Both the position numbers and the translations under genes were made by a program. Positions 1-12,694 of a stretch of DNA of 64,000 nucleotides are shown here, piece after piece (within the stretch, counting starts at the first letter, position 1; each line of letters opens with the position of its first letter). Source of the DNA: Myxococcota bacterium (GTDB lineage: Bacteria; Myxococcota_A; UBA9160; SZUA-336); contig CBDFGR010000001.1 in assembly GCA_965247115.1 (NCBI GenBank), positions 64,001-128,000 on the forward strand, given 5' to 3'. The notes below the pieces were generated by a model that saw nothing but the letters and a program-made list of their open reading frames with translations, was not told the DNA's origin and searched no databases.

Positions 1-2
1 CG

Positions 3-1442
3 GCAGGCCGCGACAGGCTCTTCGACACGATCGCGGACTTCGACGAGGAAATCCTGGAGCGCTACCTGACCGGGCAGGAGGTTTCGGTGAGCGCGATCCG
101 CAAGGTCATCCGCAAGGCAACGTCCGAGCTCGAGGTGGTGCCGGTCCTGTGCGGCTCGGCGTTCAAGAACAAGGGAGTCCAGCCGCTGCTCGACGCGGTG
201 CTCGACTACCTCCCGTCGCCGCTGGACGTTCCTCCCATGGTCGGGACGAATCCGAAGGGCGAGAAGGTCGAGCGCCAACCGCGCAGGGACGATCCGCTCG
301 CCGCTCTCGCGTTCAAGATCGTCACCGACCCCTACGTGGGGCTGCTGACCTTCGTCCGGGTCTATTCGGGCAGGATCGACGCGGGCTCGTACGTATTGAA
401 CTCGACTGACGGCCGTCGCGAGCGCGTGGGCCGGATCATGCAGATGCACGCCAACAAGCGCGAGCAGATCGAGTCCGTCTCCGCCGGAAACATCGCGGCG
501 ATCGTCGGTCTCAAGTCCGTCTCGACCGGTGACACGCTTTGCGACGAGCGAGACCCGGTCGTGCTCGAAGCGATCGAGTTCCCCGATCCCGTGATCGAGA
601 TCGTTATCGAGCCCAAGACCAAGGTCGATCAGGAGAAGACCTTCGAGGCGCTGCACAAGCTGGCCGTCGAGGATCCGTCGTTTCGGGTCGTGACGAACCC
701 CGAGACGGGGCAGACGCTGATCGCGGGACAGGGCGAGCTCCATCTCGAGATCATCGTCGACCGCCTGCTGCGCGAGTTTCAGGTCGTGGCGAACGTCGGC
801 AAGCCGCAGGTCGCCTACAAGGAGACGATCTCTCGAGCGACCCGCGGCGTGGGACGCTTCGTCCGGCAGAGCGGCGGCAAGGGGCAGTTCGGGCACGTGG
901 TACTCGAGCTCGAGCCGAACGAGTCCGGTGCGGGGATCGAGTTCGAGCAGAAGATCGTCGGTGGGGCGGTCCCAAAGGAGTACTTCAAGCCCGTCGAGCA
1001 GGGCGTGCGAGAGTCGCTGCAGACCGGCGTGCTCGGAGGGTTTCCCGTGGTCGACGTGCGGGTCAAGCTCGTCGACGGGTCGTACCACGAGGTGGACTCC
1101 TCGGAGATCGCCTTCAAGGTCGCGGGCTCCATGGGGGCCCGCGACGGGCTCACGAAGGGCAAGTCGCAGCTGCTCGAACCGATCATGGCGGTGGAGGTCG
1201 TAGTCCCGGAGCCCTACATGGGCGCCTGCATCGACGACTTGAACAGCCGCGAGGGCAAGGTTCGCGGCATGGAGGCGCGCGGCAACACACAGGTCATCCA
1301 GGCCGGCGCGCCGCTGCGGAACATGTTCGGGTACGTGAGTGCCCTGCGCTCTCTCACGCAGGGCCGCGCGACCTACACCATGCAGTTCGACCACTACGCG
1401 GTGGTACCCGCGGCGGTGGCGCAAGAGATCGTTCAACGGTAG
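3..1442 (+). CDS. fusA: Elongation factor G (5'-truncated by window edge)
   Basis: Frame open from nt 3; motifs [38 protein letters not shown]; directly upstream of tuf. Confidence 0.97.
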   Translation, partial: AGRDRLFDTIADFDEEILERYLTGQEVSVSAIRKVIRKATSELEVVPVLCGSAFKNKGVQPLLDAVLDYLPSPLDVPPMVGTNPKGEKVERQPRRDDPLAALAFKIVTDPYVGLLTFVRVYSGRIDAGSYVLNSTDGRRERVGRIMQMHANKREQIESVSAGNIAAIVGLKSVSTGDTLCDERDPVVLEAIEFPDPVIEIVIEPKTKVDQEKTFEALHKLAVEDPSFRVVTNPETGQTLIAGQGELHLEIIVDRLLREFQVVANVGKPQVAYKETISRATRGVGRFVRQSGGKGQFGHVVLELEPNESGAGIEFEQKIVGGAVPKEYFKPVEQGVRESLQTGVLGGFPVVDVRVKLVDGSYHEVDSSEIAFKVAGSMGARDGLTKGKSQLLEPIMAVEVVVPEPYMGACIDDLNSREGKVRGMEARGNTQVIQAGAPLRNMFGYVSALRSLTQGRATYTMQFDHYAVVPAAVAQEIVQR

Positions 1443-1463
1443 CTCCCTCTGGAGAAGGAATAG

Positions 1464-2654
<1,191 letters not shown>

Positions 2655-2665
2655 CGGAGAAGACG

Positions 2666-2983
2666 ATGGCAGACCGCGGCACACCCAAGATTCGGATCCG
2701 GATGAAGGCCTTCGACAGCCAGCTGCTGGATATGAGCGTGTCCGAGATCCTGGACACCGCGGTGCGGACCGGATCGCGGACCGCGGGGCCGATTCCCCTC
2801 CCGACGTCGATTCAGAAATACACGGTCCTGCGCGGCCCGCACATCGACAAGAAGTCACGCGAGCAGTTCGAGATCCGCACGCACCGCCGGCTCGTCGACA
2901 TTCTCGATCCCACTCCGCAGACCGTCGATGCGCTCATGAAGCTCGAGCTGTCTGCCGGAGTTGATGTGGAGCTCAAGCTCTAA
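2666..2983 (+). CDS. rpsJ: 30S ribosomal protein S10
   Basis: [10 protein letters not shown]...GPIPLPT...KKSREQFE. Confidence 0.98.
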   Translation: MADRGTPKIRIRMKAFDSQLLDMSVSEILDTAVRTGSRTAGPIPLPTSIQKYTVLRGPHIDKKSREQFEIRTHRRLVDILDPTPQTVDALMKLELSAGVDVELKL

Positions 2984-2999
2984 CAAGAAGCATGTAACT

Positions 3000-3572
3000 A
3001 TGGACCTGGACAGCAAAATATTCGACGCGCCGGTTCGCACGGACCTCCTTCACGCGGTGGTCGTGGGACAGCTCGCCAAGCGGCGGAGCGGGACGGCTGC
3101 GACGAAGAACCGCTCTCTGGTGTCGGGAGGCGGCGCCAAGCCCTTCAAGCAGAAAGGAACGGGTCGCGCTCGACAGGGCTCGAGCCGGGTCTCGCAGATG
3201 TCGGGCGGCGGGGTCGTATTCGGTCCCCAACCGCGCGGCTTCGAGCAGAAGATCCCGAAGAAGGTGCGGGCGGCCGCGCTCCGCTCCGCCCTGTCGCTGC
3301 GCAAGCGCGATGAGCGGATCCGGGTGATCGACTCCATCGAACTGCCCGAGATCAAGACGCGGCTCCTGGCCGAGCAGCTTCGCGAGCTGGGTACCGAGGA
3401 TGCGTTGATCGTGACCAGGGAGCGCGACGCTCGACTGGAGCTCGCGGGGCGGAACCTGCCGAAGGTCAAGGTCCTCGCCGTTGCGGGACTGAACGTGAGA
3501 GACGTCCTGGCTCGCGAGCATCTCGTGTTGCTGCAGGACGCGCTCGAGGCAATCGTGGAGAGGCTTGGCTGA
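3000..3572 (+). CDS. rplD: 50S ribosomal protein L4 (N-terminally short)
   Basis: KPFKQKGTGRARQGS, GGGVVFGPQPR; first non-overlapping ATG at 3000. Confidence 0.93.
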   Translation: MDLDSKIFDAPVRTDLLHAVVVGQLAKRRSGTAATKNRSLVSGGGAKPFKQKGTGRARQGSSRVSQMSGGGVVFGPQPRGFEQKIPKKVRAAALRSALSLRKRDERIRVIDSIELPEIKTRLLAEQLRELGTEDALIVTRERDARLELAGRNLPKVKVLAVAGLNVRDVLAREHLVLLQDALEAIVERLG

Positions 3573-3859
3573 TGAACCCGCGGCAGGTCATTCAGAGGCC
3601 GATCATCACGGAGAAGAGCACGATCGAGCGTGAGACGCACAACATCGTAAGCTTCGCGGTCAGCACCCACGCGAACAAGCTCGAGATCAAGTCCGCCGTG
3701 GAGGAGCTCTTCGACGTGAAGGTCATCGACGTGCGCACGTCGCGGGTCCATGGCAAGACCCGCCGCATGGGCAAGCACGCTGGGAAGCGTCCGGACTGGA
3801 AGAAGGCTCGAGTGCAGCTCCGCGAGGGCGACAGCATCGAGTTCTTCGAAGGCGTCTGA
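3572..3859 (+). CDS. rplW: 50S ribosomal protein L23
   Basis: [24 protein letters not shown]. Confidence 0.97.
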   Translation: MNPRQVIQRPIITEKSTIERETHNIVSFAVSTHANKLEIKSAVEELFDVKVIDVRTSRVHGKTRRMGKHAGKRPDWKKARVQLREGDSIEFFEGV

Positions 3860-3860
3860 A

Positions 3861-4688
3861 GTGCCGAACCGAAAGTACCAACCCACTTCGCCGGCTCGCC
3901 GCGCCATGTCGGTCGAGGACTTCTCGGACCTGACGAAGAAGAGGCCCGAGAAGAAGCTCATCGCTGCCCTGAAGAAGAGCGGCGGCCGCAACAATCATGG
4001 CCGGATCACGAGCTTTCACCGCGGAGGGGGCCACAAGCGGCGCTATCGCAAGATTGACTTCCGGCGCGACAAGCTCGGCATCCCGGCCAGGGTGGCAGCG
4101 CTGGAGTACGACCCGAACCGGAGCGCCCGCATCGCGCTGCTGCACTTCGCGGACGGGGAGAAGCGCTACATCCTGGCGCCGCTCGGTCTCGCCGTGGGCG
4201 ATGAGCTCATGTCCGGAGAGCGAGCGGAGATTCGGCCGGGCAACTCGTTGCCGCTCTCGGTGATCCCGCTCGGCACGGTGATCCACAACATCGAGCTCAA
4301 GCCGGGCAAGGGCGGACAGCTGGTGCGATCGGCCGGCGTGGGTGCGCAGCTCATGGCGCGCGAGGGCAAGTACGCGAACGTCAAGCTGCCCTCGAGCGAG
4401 ACCCGACTCGTCCTGCAGACTTGCAGCGCCACGGTGGGCCAGGTCGGCAACACCGACCACGACAACGTCTCCGTAGGCAAGGCGGGCCGCACGCGCTGGT
4501 CCGGTCAGCGACCGAATGTCCGCGGCGTCGCGATGAACCCGGTCGACCACCCCCACGGAGGTGGCGAGGGCCGCAGCTCGGGCGGCCGGCACCCCGTGAC
4601 TCCCTGGGGCGTCCCCACCAAGGGTCACCGTACGCGCAAGAACCGAAAAACCGATCGACTCATTGTGAAACGACGAGGACAGAAGTAA
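3861..4688 (+). CDS. rplB: 50S ribosomal protein L2
   Basis: [37 protein letters not shown] start at 3861. Confidence 0.97.
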   Translation: MPNRKYQPTSPARRAMSVEDFSDLTKKRPEKKLIAALKKSGGRNNHGRITSFHRGGGHKRRYRKIDFRRDKLGIPARVAALEYDPNRSARIALLHFADGEKRYILAPLGLAVGDELMSGERAEIRPGNSLPLSVIPLGTVIHNIELKPGKGGQLVRSAGVGAQLMAREGKYANVKLPSSETRLVLQTCSATVGQVGNTDHDNVSVGKAGRTRWSGQRPNVRGVAMNPVDHPHGGGEGRSSGGRHPVTPWGVPTKGHRTRKNRKTDRLIVKRRGQK

Positions 4689-4966
4689 TGGCCAGATCCG
4701 TAAAGAAGGGTCCTTACCTCGAGAAGCCGCTCATGAAAAAGGTGGAGCAGCTGAACGACTCGGATCAGAAGCGCATCGTGCGTACCTGGTCGCGGCGCTC
4801 GATGATCCTTCCCGAGATGATCGGCCACACCTTTCACGTTCATAACGGCAAGCTCTTCATGCCCGTATTCGTGACGGAGAACATGGTCGGGCATCGTCTC
4901 GGCGAATTCGCCCCTACTCGTCGCCAGGCCGCTCATGCCGGCGACCGCAGGCTCAGGCAGAGGTAG
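4688..4966 (+). CDS. rpsS: 30S ribosomal protein S19
   Basis: [35 protein letters not shown] overlap with rplB. Confidence 0.97.
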   Translation: MARSVKKGPYLEKPLMKKVEQLNDSDQKRIVRTWSRRSMILPEMIGHTFHVHNGKLFMPVFVTENMVGHRLGEFAPTRRQAAHAGDRRLRQR

Positions 4967-4970
4967 GGGC

Positions 4971-5318
4971 ATGGAGGTGCGCGCGAGACTCAAGGGCTAT
5001 CGGATGGGTGCCAGGAAGGGGCGGAAGGTCGCGGATCAGATTCGCAACAAGTCGTGCGCGCAGGCCCTGGACATTCTTCGCACCACGCCGCGGGAGGCCG
5101 GTAGGCCGATCGAGAAGCTCCTGCGCTCCGCCCTCGCGAACGCAGAGGAGCAGAACGCGCGCCACTCCGCGGGTATCGATCTCGACAACCTGTACGTCAA
5201 GAACATCATGGTCGACGAGGGCCCGCGCAGCTGGCGCATTCGACCGCGGGCCCAGGGTCGTGCCGCATGGATCAACAAAGCCTCGAGCCACGTCAGCGTG
5301 ATTCTGGACGAGCGCTAG
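4971..5318 (+). CDS. rplV: 50S ribosomal protein L22
   Basis: [24 protein letters not shown]. Confidence 0.96.
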   Translation: MEVRARLKGYRMGARKGRKVADQIRNKSCAQALDILRTTPREAGRPIEKLLRSALANAEEQNARHSAGIDLDNLYVKNIMVDEGPRSWRIRPRAQGRAAWINKASSHVSVILDER

Positions 5319-5340
5319 GCAGAAGGTAGGAGACAACACG

Positions 5341-6021
5341 TTGGGTCAGAAAGTTCACCCGTACGGATTCCGCCTCGGGATCATCAACGGCTGGCAGTCC
5401 AACTGGTACGCCGAGCGGAACTTCGCTGCGCTCCTGCACGAAGATCTACGAATCCGCGACTACATCAAGCAAAAGGTGTTTCACGCCGGAATCAGTCGCA
5501 TCGGGATCGAACGTCGCGCGGAAAAGATGTCGGTGAACATCCACACCGCCCGTCCGGGCATCCTGATCGGCAAGCGTGGGGCGGACGTCGAGGCGCTTCG
5601 CCTGGAGATTGCGAAGATGACCTCGAACGAGGTCTTCATCAACATTCGCGAGGTTCGCAAGGCCGAGATCGACGCACAGTTGATCGCCGAGAACATCGCC
5701 GCCCAGCTGATTCGCCGCGTCGCCTTTCGGCGCGCCATGAAGAAGGCCCTGACTTCGGCGATGAAGTTCGGTGCGCAGGGCATCCGGGTCAAGGTGGGCG
5801 GTCGGCTCGGAGGTGCAGAGATGTCGCGTACGACCCAGTACATGGAGGGTCGAGTGCCGCTCCACACGCTGCGGGCCCAGATCGACTACGGGATGGCCGA
5901 GGCGAAGGCCTCGTATGGCGTGATCGGGGTCAAAGTCTGGGTGTTCACCGGGATCGTTCCCGAGGCGCAGGTACAGGACCAGCGTCTCGGTACCGGCTCG
6001 TCCGAGGCGCAGGTCGGCTAG
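5341..6021 (+). CDS. rpsC: 30S ribosomal protein S3
   Basis: [25 protein letters not shown] start. Confidence 0.98.
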   Translation: MGQKVHPYGFRLGIINGWQSNWYAERNFAALLHEDLRIRDYIKQKVFHAGISRIGIERRAEKMSVNIHTARPGILIGKRGADVEALRLEIAKMTSNEVFINIREVRKAEIDAQLIAENIAAQLIRRVAFRRAMKKALTSAMKFGAQGIRVKVGGRLGGAEMSRTTQYMEGRVPLHTLRAQIDYGMAEAKASYGVIGVKVWVFTGIVPEAQVQDQRLGTGSSEAQVG

Positions 6022-6024
6022 CAC

Positions 6025-6438
6025 ATGCTCCAACCCAAGCGAATGAAGTTTCGCAAGGTCCAGAAGGGCAGGCTGCGGGGCAAGGCCATGCGCGGCTCCA
6101 GCCTTGCATTCGGCGAGTACGGCCTGCAGGCTCTGGAGCACGGTCGGATCACGGCCCGCGAGATCGAGGCGGCCCGCATTGCCATGACGCGGCACGCGAA
6201 GCGGGGTGGCAAGGTCTGGATCCGCGTCTTCCCGTCCAAGCCGATGACCAAGCGGCCGCCTGAGACCCGCATGGGCAAGGGGAAGGGGAGCCCCGAGTTC
6301 TGGGTCGCCCCCGTGAAGCCGGGCCGCATCCTCTATGAGATGGACGGGGTGACGGCCGAGGTGGCAAAGGAATCCCTACGGCTTGCGGCGCACAAGATCT
6401 CGGTGCGGACGCGGATCCTCGAGAGGACCGAGGCATGA
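6025..6438 (+). CDS. rplP: 50S ribosomal protein L16
   Basis: [20 protein letters not shown]. Confidence 0.98.
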   Translation: MLQPKRMKFRKVQKGRLRGKAMRGSSLAFGEYGLQALEHGRITAREIEAARIAMTRHAKRGGKVWIRVFPSKPMTKRPPETRMGKGKGSPEFWVAPVKPGRILYEMDGVTAEVAKESLRLAAHKISVRTRILERTEA

Positions 6439-6629
6439 AGGCCGCGGACGTCAGGAAGTTGACCGACGAGGAGCTGGAGGCACGGGTGCAGGAGGCGCGA
6501 GACCATCTGTTCAACCTCAAGATCAAGCACGCGACGGGTCAGCTCGAGAACTCCGCGAGCGTGCCTGCTGCGCGCCGCGATCTGGCGCGCGCACTCAGCG
6601 TCCGCACAGAGCGAGGTCGAAGCGCATGA
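6435..6629 (+). CDS. rpmC: 50S ribosomal protein L29
   Basis: 64 aa, [15 protein letters not shown]...RRDLAR; expected position. Confidence 0.96.
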   Translation: MKAADVRKLTDEELEARVQEARDHLFNLKIKHATGQLENSASVPAARRDLARALSVRTERGRSA

Positions 6630-6874
6630 GCGAGCGGGGTCTCCAGAAGACGCGTGTCGGCGTCGTTGTAAGGGACAGGATGGACAAGTCTGTGATCGTC
6701 GAGGTCACCCGGACCGTGCTGCACCCGCTCTACAAGAAACACATACGCAAGCGCAGCCGGTTCATGGCTCACGACGAGAACAACACCTACAAGATCGGCG
6801 ACACGGTCCAGATCACCGAGACCCGCCCGCTCTCGCGGCGCAAGCGCTGGCGGGTCAAGGAGAAGCCTGCGTGA
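6626..6874 (+). CDS. rpsQ: 30S ribosomal protein S17
   Basis: [33 protein letters not shown] overlap start. Confidence 0.96.
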   Translation: MSERGLQKTRVGVVVRDRMDKSVIVEVTRTVLHPLYKKHIRKRSRFMAHDENNTYKIGDTVQITETRPLSRRKRWRVKEKPA

Positions 6875-7239
6875 TCCAGGCCGAGTCGGTTCTGAACGTA
6901 GCGGACAACTCCGGCGCACGGCGGGTTTCATGCGTCAAGGTGCTCGGCGGATCGCAGCGACGCTACGCCTCGATCGGCGACATCATCATGGTGTCGGTCA
7001 AAGAGGCGCTGCCCAACAGCCGCGTAAAGAAGAAGCAGCTGCACAAGGCAGTGATCGTTCGCACCAGGAAGGAGATCGGCCGCTCCGACGGTTCCTACAT
7101 TCGCTTCGACAACAACTCGGTGGTGCTGATCGAACAGAACCAGGAGCCGATCGGAACGCGCATATTCGGCCCCGTGGCTCGCGAGCTGCGGGCGAAGCGC
7201 TTCATGAAGATCGTCTCCCTGGCGCCCGAGGTGCTGTAG
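6871..7239 (+). CDS. rplN: 50S ribosomal protein L14
   Basis: [26 protein letters not shown]. Confidence 0.98.
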   Translation: MIQAESVLNVADNSGARRVSCVKVLGGSQRRYASIGDIIMVSVKEALPNSRVKKKQLHKAVIVRTRKEIGRSDGSYIRFDNNSVVLIEQNQEPIGTRIFGPVARELRAKRFMKIVSLAPEVL

Positions 7240-7550
7240 TGGCCGCGAAGGTACGCGTCGGCGACACGGTGGAAGTTCTCTCGGGCAAGAACAAGGGCGC
7301 CCGCGGCGCGGTGCTCCGAGTAGATTCGAAGAACAGCAAGGTCCTGGTGGAACGGATCAACCTCGTCAAGAAGCACCAGAAGCCCAGCGGCGCGAATCGA
7401 CAGGGGGGCATCATCGAGAAGGAGGCACCGCTGCAGCTCTCGAACGTGGCTCTCGTCCACAAGGGCGATCGGACCCGCGTCGGGTTCAGGAGCATCGACG
7501 GGCAAAGGGTGCGCTGGAGCCGAAAGCATGACGAGGCGATCGATGCCTGA
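7239..7550 (+). CDS. rplX: 50S ribosomal protein L24
   Basis: KOW-like [22 protein letters not shown]...SNV; GTG start at 7239. Confidence 0.95.
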   Translation: MAAKVRVGDTVEVLSGKNKGARGAVLRVDSKNSKVLVERINLVKKHQKPSGANRQGGIIEKEAPLQLSNVALVHKGDRTRVGFRSIDGQRVRWSRKHDEAIDA

Positions 7551-8097
7551 GACCTACGAGCCGCGAGCTCTGGAGCGCTACAGGCAGCGAGCGGTTCCCG
7601 CCCTGCGGGAGCGATTCAGCTACAAGAACCCGATGCAGGTACCGAAGCTCCGAAAGATCACCCTGAACGTGGGGCTCGGCGAGGCGCTGACGAACGCGCG
7701 GCTGCTCGAATCTGCCGTCGCGGAGCTCGGCGAGATCAGCGGGCAGAAGGCGGTGGTGACCAAGGCCAAGAAGTCGGTTGCGAACTTTCGCCTGCGCGAA
7801 GGCCAGTCGATCGGGTGCATGGTCACGCTGCGCCGCGAGCGAATGTATGAGTTCTTCGATCGCCTGGTGAACGTGGCGTTGCCGCGCGTTCGGGACTTCC
7901 GGGGTGTCTCTCCGCAAGCCTTCGACGGGCGCGGGAACTACACGCTCGGGATCCTGGAGCAGGCGATCTTTCCCGAGATCAACCTGGACAAGATCGAGCG
8001 CATCCGGGGCTTGAACGTGAGTATTACAACCACGGCATCGACCGACGAAGAGGGGCACGCGCTCCTCAGCGAGCTCGGGATGCCCTTTAGGACGTGA
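7543..8097 (+). CDS. rplE: 50S ribosomal protein L5
   Basis: [25 protein letters not shown]. Confidence 0.97.
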   Translation: MPETYEPRALERYRQRAVPALRERFSYKNPMQVPKLRKITLNVGLGEALTNARLLESAVAELGEISGQKAVVTKAKKSVANFRLREGQSIGCMVTLRRERMYEFFDRLVNVALPRVRDFRGVSPQAFDGRGNYTLGILEQAIFPEINLDKIERIRGLNVSITTTASTDEEGHALLSELGMPFRT

Positions 8098-8104
8098 GAC
8101 GGCG

Positions 8105-8314
8105 ATGGCCAAGGTATCGAATGTAAATCAGCAGCTTCGCCTGCGCGCGGACCGCGCCGCCGGCAAGCTCAAGTTCAAGTCCCGCTACTACAATCGCTGC
8201 CGTCGCTGCGGTCGTGCTCGCAGCTACTACCGCAAGTTCGACGTCTGTCGGATCTGCCTCAGGAAACTTGCGCTGGAGGGCAAGATTCCGGGCATGACGA
8301 AGTCGAGCTGGTGA
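8105..8314 (+). CDS. rpsN: 30S ribosomal protein S14, zinc-binding (type Z)
   Basis: CRRC...[13 protein letters not shown]. Confidence 0.96.
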   Translation: MAKVSNVNQQLRLRADRAAGKLKFKSRYYNRCRRCGRARSYYRKFDVCRICLRKLALEGKIPGMTKSSW

Positions 8315-8324
8315 GGGGGCCAAC

Positions 8325-8720
8325 GTGCTGACAGATCCGATCGCCGACCTGTTGACGCGGATCCGCAACGGCGGGCGTGCGCGTCTCGTGCGCGTCTCGC
8401 TGCCCGGTTCACAGCTCAAGGCGGAGATCGCGCGGGTGCTCAAGGAGCTGGGTTTCATCTCTGGCTTCTCCAAGGAGGGCGACGCGAAGAAACCCACGCT
8501 CTCGGTGGAGATCCGCTACAACGCGGAGAACGCCCCGATCATCGAGGGCATCGAGCGGGTCTCGCGTCCCAGCCGCCGGGTGTACGTCGGCTGGGACGAG
8601 ATCCCGCAGGTCCGCAACGGCTTGGGGATCGCAATCCTCTCAACGCCGCGCGGAGTTCTGACTGATGCGCAGGCCAGGGAATCTCACGTCGGGGGCGAGA
8701 TCCTGGCGCGGGTGTGGTGA
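8325..8720 (+). CDS. rpsH: 30S ribosomal protein S8
   Basis: DPIADLLTRIRN, SRPSRRVY, GGEI. Confidence 0.98.
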   Translation: MLTDPIADLLTRIRNGGRARLVRVSLPGSQLKAEIARVLKELGFISGFSKEGDAKKPTLSVEIRYNAENAPIIEGIERVSRPSRRVYVGWDEIPQVRNGLGIAILSTPRGVLTDAQARESHVGGEILARVW

Positions 8721-8726
8721 GGAACG

Positions 8727-9269
8727 ATGTCTCGTATAGGCAAGCTGCCCGTTCCGCTCGGTTCCGGCGTGGAGATCAGCGTCGCGGGAGGATCCGTGCG
8801 CGTGAAGGGCCCCAAGGGGGAGCTCTCCGAGGCGCTGGCCCCGCTCACGAGCATCGAGGTAGCGGACGGTGCGGCGGTCGTGAAGCGAGCAGACGACTCC
8901 AAGCGTGCCCGGGCGATGCATGGGCTCATGCGCAGCCTGCTCGCGAACATGGCCACTGGGGTGACGGACGGCTTCGAGCGCCGGCTCGAGATCGTGGGGG
9001 TCGGGTACAGGGCCGCGGTTGCAAACGAGACGCTCACGCTCAACGTCGGGTATTCCCATCCCGTCGGGATGGAGATCCCGATGGGCCTCGAGGTGGTAGC
9101 CGAGAGCCCGACGCGCCTCGTGGTCAAGGGAGCCAGCAAGCAGGCCGTCGGCCAGTTCGCCGCGGAGATCCGAAAGATCCGCAAGCCGGAGCCTTACAAG
9201 GGAAAGGGAATCCGCTACGCGAACGAACACATCCGCCGCAAGGTCGGTAAGGCGGGAGCGGGGGTGTAG
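8727..9269 (+). CDS. rplF: 50S ribosomal protein L6
   Basis: MSRIGKLP, PEPYKGKGIRY. Confidence 0.98.
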   Translation: MSRIGKLPVPLGSGVEISVAGGSVRVKGPKGELSEALAPLTSIEVADGAAVVKRADDSKRARAMHGLMRSLLANMATGVTDGFERRLEIVGVGYRAAVANETLTLNVGYSHPVGMEIPMGLEVVAESPTRLVVKGASKQAVGQFAAEIRKIRKPEPYKGKGIRYANEHIRRKVGKAGAGV

Positions 9270-9271
9270 GC

Positions 9272-9634
9272 ATGGCTATCACGGAACGGAGGCGACTCTG
9301 GGAGAGACGCAAGCAGCGCTCGCGAAAGCAGCTCCGGACCTGCGAGCGCCCGCTGCTCACGGTCTACCGCAGCTCCAAGCACATCTACGCCCAGATCGTC
9401 GACCCGCTCACGGGCCGCACGCTGGCGGGGGCATCGACCCGCTCGCCCGCGCTGCGCCAGGGCTTGACGTCGACCAGCGACGTGGAGGCCGCCAAGCAGG
9501 TGGGCTCGGCCATCGCCAGGAAGGCCCTGGACCAGGACATACAGAAGGTGGTGTTCAACCGAAACGGTTTCGTCTTCTCGGGACGCGTCAAGGCAGTCGC
9601 CGACGCGGCCCGAGAAGCCGGCTTGAGTATCTAG
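9272..9634 (+). CDS. rplR: 50S ribosomal protein L18
   Basis: [27 protein letters not shown]. Confidence 0.97.
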   Translation: MAITERRRLWERRKQRSRKQLRTCERPLLTVYRSSKHIYAQIVDPLTGRTLAGASTRSPALRQGLTSTSDVEAAKQVGSAIARKALDQDIQKVVFNRNGFVFSGRVKAVADAAREAGLSI

Positions 9635-9647
9635 CGTAGGGAAGCAC

Positions 9648-10160
9648 ATGACAGCGAGGACAGACGAGAGGCGCGAGTTACTCAACCCGAACGACTTCGA
9701 GCTGGAAGAGCGGGTGGTCAGCATCAACCGTGTGGCGAAGGTCGTGCGGGGCGGGCGCCGCTTCGGTTTCACGGCGCTGGTCGTGATGGGAAACGGGGCC
9801 GGGATCGTCGGTTCGGGTATGGGCCGGGCGAACGAGGTTCCCGAGGCGATCCGCAAGGGAGTCGAGCAGGCGCGCAAGAGCCTGGTCCGGGTGCCACTGG
9901 TGGAGGGCACTATCCCCTACCAGGTCGTGGGTGAGTCCGGAGCTGGCAAGGTACTTCTCAAGCCTGCCTCCAAGGGCACGGGTGTGATCGCGGGGGGCGC
10001 GGTGCGCGCGCTGTGCGAGGCGGCCGGGGTACAGAACGTGCTCACGAAGTGCTTGGGCACGAGCCGTCCGCACAACGTGATCCGCGCGACGCTCGAGGGT
10101 TTTGGGAGGCTGCGGGAGCCCGCAGCCCGGCGCGCGGAGCTGCTGGGCTTGGAAGCATGA
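9648..10160 (+). CDS. rpsE: 30S ribosomal protein S5
   Basis: [22 protein letters not shown]. Confidence 0.98.
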   Translation: MTARTDERRELLNPNDFELEERVVSINRVAKVVRGGRRFGFTALVVMGNGAGIVGSGMGRANEVPEAIRKGVEQARKSLVRVPLVEGTIPYQVVGESGAGKVLLKPASKGTGVIAGGAVRALCEAAGVQNVLTKCLGTSRPHNVIRATLEGFGRLREPAARRAELLGLEA

Positions 10161-10351
10161 GCAAAGCAAAAGCAAAACAGATCCGCGTACGGCAGGTGAG
10201 GAGCGCGATCGGCTTCCCCCGCGATCAGCGCGCCACACTGCGCGGGCTGCGCCTGGGTCGGCCCGGCAAGCAGGTTGAGCTCGATGACGGACCTGCGGTG
10301 CGGGGCATGATCCGCAAGGTGACTCACCTGGTGGTGGTCGAGGAGGCCTGA
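10157..10351 (+). CDS. rpmD: 50S ribosomal protein L30
   Basis: [11 protein letters not shown]...TLRGLRL...[16 protein letters not shown] overlap start. Confidence 0.95.
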   Translation: MSKAKAKQIRVRQVRSAIGFPRDQRATLRGLRLGRPGKQVELDDGPAVRGMIRKVTHLVVVEEA

Positions 10352-10821
10352 TGCTGGACCGCCTTGCCCCCGGAGCAGGTGCTCGTAAGCCCCGCAAACG
10401 CGTGGGTCGCGGGATCGGGAGCGGCAGCGGCAAGACCTGCGGCCGGGGACAGAAGGGCGCGGGCTCGCGCTCCGGCTTCAAGCGAAGGCCCTGGTTCGAG
10501 GGTGGCCAAATGCCACTGGCGCGGCGCCTCCCCAAACGGGGCTTCACGAACAATTTTCGCCGGCCCTACCAGGTTGTGAACCTGAAGGAGCTGGAACGCT
10601 TCGACCGAGGGAGCGCCGTGGACACGGAGACGCTGTCGCGCGCAGGGCTGGTCGCGCGACCCGACAAGCCGGTCAAGATCCTGGCCGAGGGCGAGATCTC
10701 ACACGCGCTCAAGCTGCAGGTGGACGCGGTCAGCGCCGCTGCCCGCGCCAAGATCGAGACGGCGGGCGGCTCGATCGAGATCGTGGCCACACGCAAACGT
10801 AGGGGGGGCGGGGGCTCGTGA
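10351..10821 (+). CDS. rplO: 50S ribosomal protein L15
   Basis: RVGRGIGSGSGKT, FEGGQMPLARRLPKRGF. Confidence 0.98.
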   Translation: MLDRLAPGAGARKPRKRVGRGIGSGSGKTCGRGQKGAGSRSGFKRRPWFEGGQMPLARRLPKRGFTNNFRRPYQVVNLKELERFDRGSAVDTETLSRAGLVARPDKPVKILAEGEISHALKLQVDAVSAAARAKIETAGGSIEIVATRKRRGGGGS

Positions 10822-12131
10822 ACCCGGGCGCTGTACAGAACATCGGGCGCGTTCCCGAGCTCTACCGCCGCATCCTGTTCACTTTCGGGATGCTCGCCGT
10901 GTATCGGCTCGGTTGCGCGGTCCCCACTCCGGGCATCGACCCGGAGCAGGTCCGCAGCTTCTTCGAGGAGACCGGGGGCGGGCTCTTCGGGCTCATCAAC
11001 TTGTTTACCGGAGGAGCCTTCGAGCAGCTGTCGATCTTCGCGTTGGGGATCATGCCCTACATCAGCGCCTCCATCATTCTGCAGCTCCTCACCGTGGTGA
11101 TCCCGAAGCTCGAGGAGCTGAAGAAGGAAGGCGAGGAGGGCCGCCGCGTCATCACGCGCTACACGCGCTATGGCACCGTGGTGCTCGCGATCGTGCAGGG
11201 CTTCCTGATGGCCACCGCCCTCGAGCAGGGCGCGTTCGGCCAGAATGCGGTGCTGTCGCCGGGCTGGAGCTTCCGGATCATGGCGGTCATCACGCTCACC
11301 GCCGGAACCTCCTTCATCATGTGGCTCGGAGAGCAGATCAACGAGAGGGGCATCGGGAACGGCATCTCGCTCGTCATTTTTGCCGGCATCGTCGTCTCGA
11401 TCCCCTCCGCCACGAGTAATCTCCTCGACCTGGTGAGGACGGACCAGATGACGCCCATCGGGGCGATCCTGCTGCTCGGCTTCATGGTGGCTGTCGTCGG
11501 CGCCATCGTCTACGTCGAGCGCTCGCAACGGCGCATCCCGATCCAGTACGCGCGCAGGGTGGTGGGGCGCAAGCAGATCTCCGGCGGCATGACCTACTTC
11601 CCCCTGCGGCTCAACACGTCCGGCGTCATCCCGCCGATCTTTGCCTCGTCGCTTCTGTTGCTGCCACTCCAGGTCTCCGCCTGGGGCGGGATGGAGTCGC
11701 TCTCCGACTTTGTGAACGACTACCTCGGCTTTACCGGCATGACCTACAACGTGATCTACGTCTCTCTGATCATGTTCTTCGCGTACTTCTATACCGGCAT
11801 CCTGATCAACCCGGACGACGTTGCGGACAACATCAAGAAGAACGGCGGCTACATCCCCGGGATCCGGCCGGGGAAGCGCACTGCCGAGTACATCCTGCGT
11901 GTGCTGAACCGGATCACGCTGCTCGGTGCCTGCTACCTGGCGGTTGTCTGCGTGCTCCCGAACCTGCTGGCGGCGCAGCTCGCAGTGCCGTTCCTGTTCG
12001 GAGGGACGGCGCTCCTGATCTGTGTGGGCGTGGCCATGGACACGGTGGGGCAGATCGAGGCCCACCTGGTTGCGCGCAACTACGACAGCTTCGTGCAGGG
12101 CGCAAGGATCCGCGGGCGAGGCGGTCGATGA
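10818..12131 (+). CDS. secY: Preprotein translocase subunit SecY
   Basis: SIFALGIMPYISASII, GIGNGISL, IPGIRPG; multiple TM segments. Confidence 0.98.
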   Translation: MNPGAVQNIGRVPELYRRILFTFGMLAVYRLGCAVPTPGIDPEQVRSFFEETGGGLFGLINLFTGGAFEQLSIFALGIMPYISASIILQLLTVVIPKLEELKKEGEEGRRVITRYTRYGTVVLAIVQGFLMATALEQGAFGQNAVLSPGWSFRIMAVITLTAGTSFIMWLGEQINERGIGNGISLVIFAGIVVSIPSATSNLLDLVRTDQMTPIGAILLLGFMVAVVGAIVYVERSQRRIPIQYARRVVGRKQISGGMTYFPLRLNTSGVIPPIFASSLLLLPLQVSAWGGMESLSDFVNDYLGFTGMTYNVIYVSLIMFFAYFYTGILINPDDVADNIKKNGGYIPGIRPGKRTAEYILRVLNRITLLGACYLAVVCVLPNLLAAQLAVPFLFGGTALLICVGVAMDTVGQIEAHLVARNYDSFVQGARIRGRGGR

Positions 12132-12694
12132 GCGAACAAAACCTGATCCTGATGGGGCCGCCCGGGGCGGGCAAGGGCACCCAGGCGAAGCGGCTGGCGA
12201 AGCACTTCGGGATCCCGCAGATCGCCACCGGCGACATCCTGCGCGAGGCGGTGGCCTCGGGCTCCGAGACGGGGCAGCGGGCCCAGGCGATCATGGAGCG
12301 CGGCGACCTCGTTCCTGACGAGCTCGTGATCGAGATCGCCCGAGAGCGGCTGGTCAGGGACGACTGCGCCACGGGCTTCGTTCTGGACGGCTTTCCCCGG
12401 ACGACACGGCAGGCCGAGGCGCTGGACGCTATCCTCGCGGGGAGGGGTCGGGAGCCGGTGCGAGTCGTCGGTCTCGTCGTGGTCGAGGAGGAGCTCGTCC
12501 GGCGAATCCTCAGCCGGGGCGAGGGCCGTTCGGACGACAACGAGGAGTCGCTCCGGAACCGACTCGAGGTGTACCGGCGCGAGACGGCGCCGGTACTCGA
12601 ACACTACCGCGGGGCCCTGATCGAGATCGAGGGCGCCGGAGACATGGACCAGATCGCGAGGGCGATCGTTGCGGCAGTGACAGACGAGCGATGA
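12128..12694 (+). CDS. adk: Adenylate kinase (short form, no LID domain)
   Basis: GPPGAGKGTQ, LDGFPRT, RILSRGEGRSDD. Confidence 0.96.
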   Translation: MSEQNLILMGPPGAGKGTQAKRLAKHFGIPQIATGDILREAVASGSETGQRAQAIMERGDLVPDELVIEIARERLVRDDCATGFVLDGFPRTTRQAEALDAILAGRGREPVRVVGLVVVEEELVRRILSRGEGRSDDNEESLRNRLEVYRRETAPVLEHYRGALIEIEGAGDMDQIARAIVAAVTDER

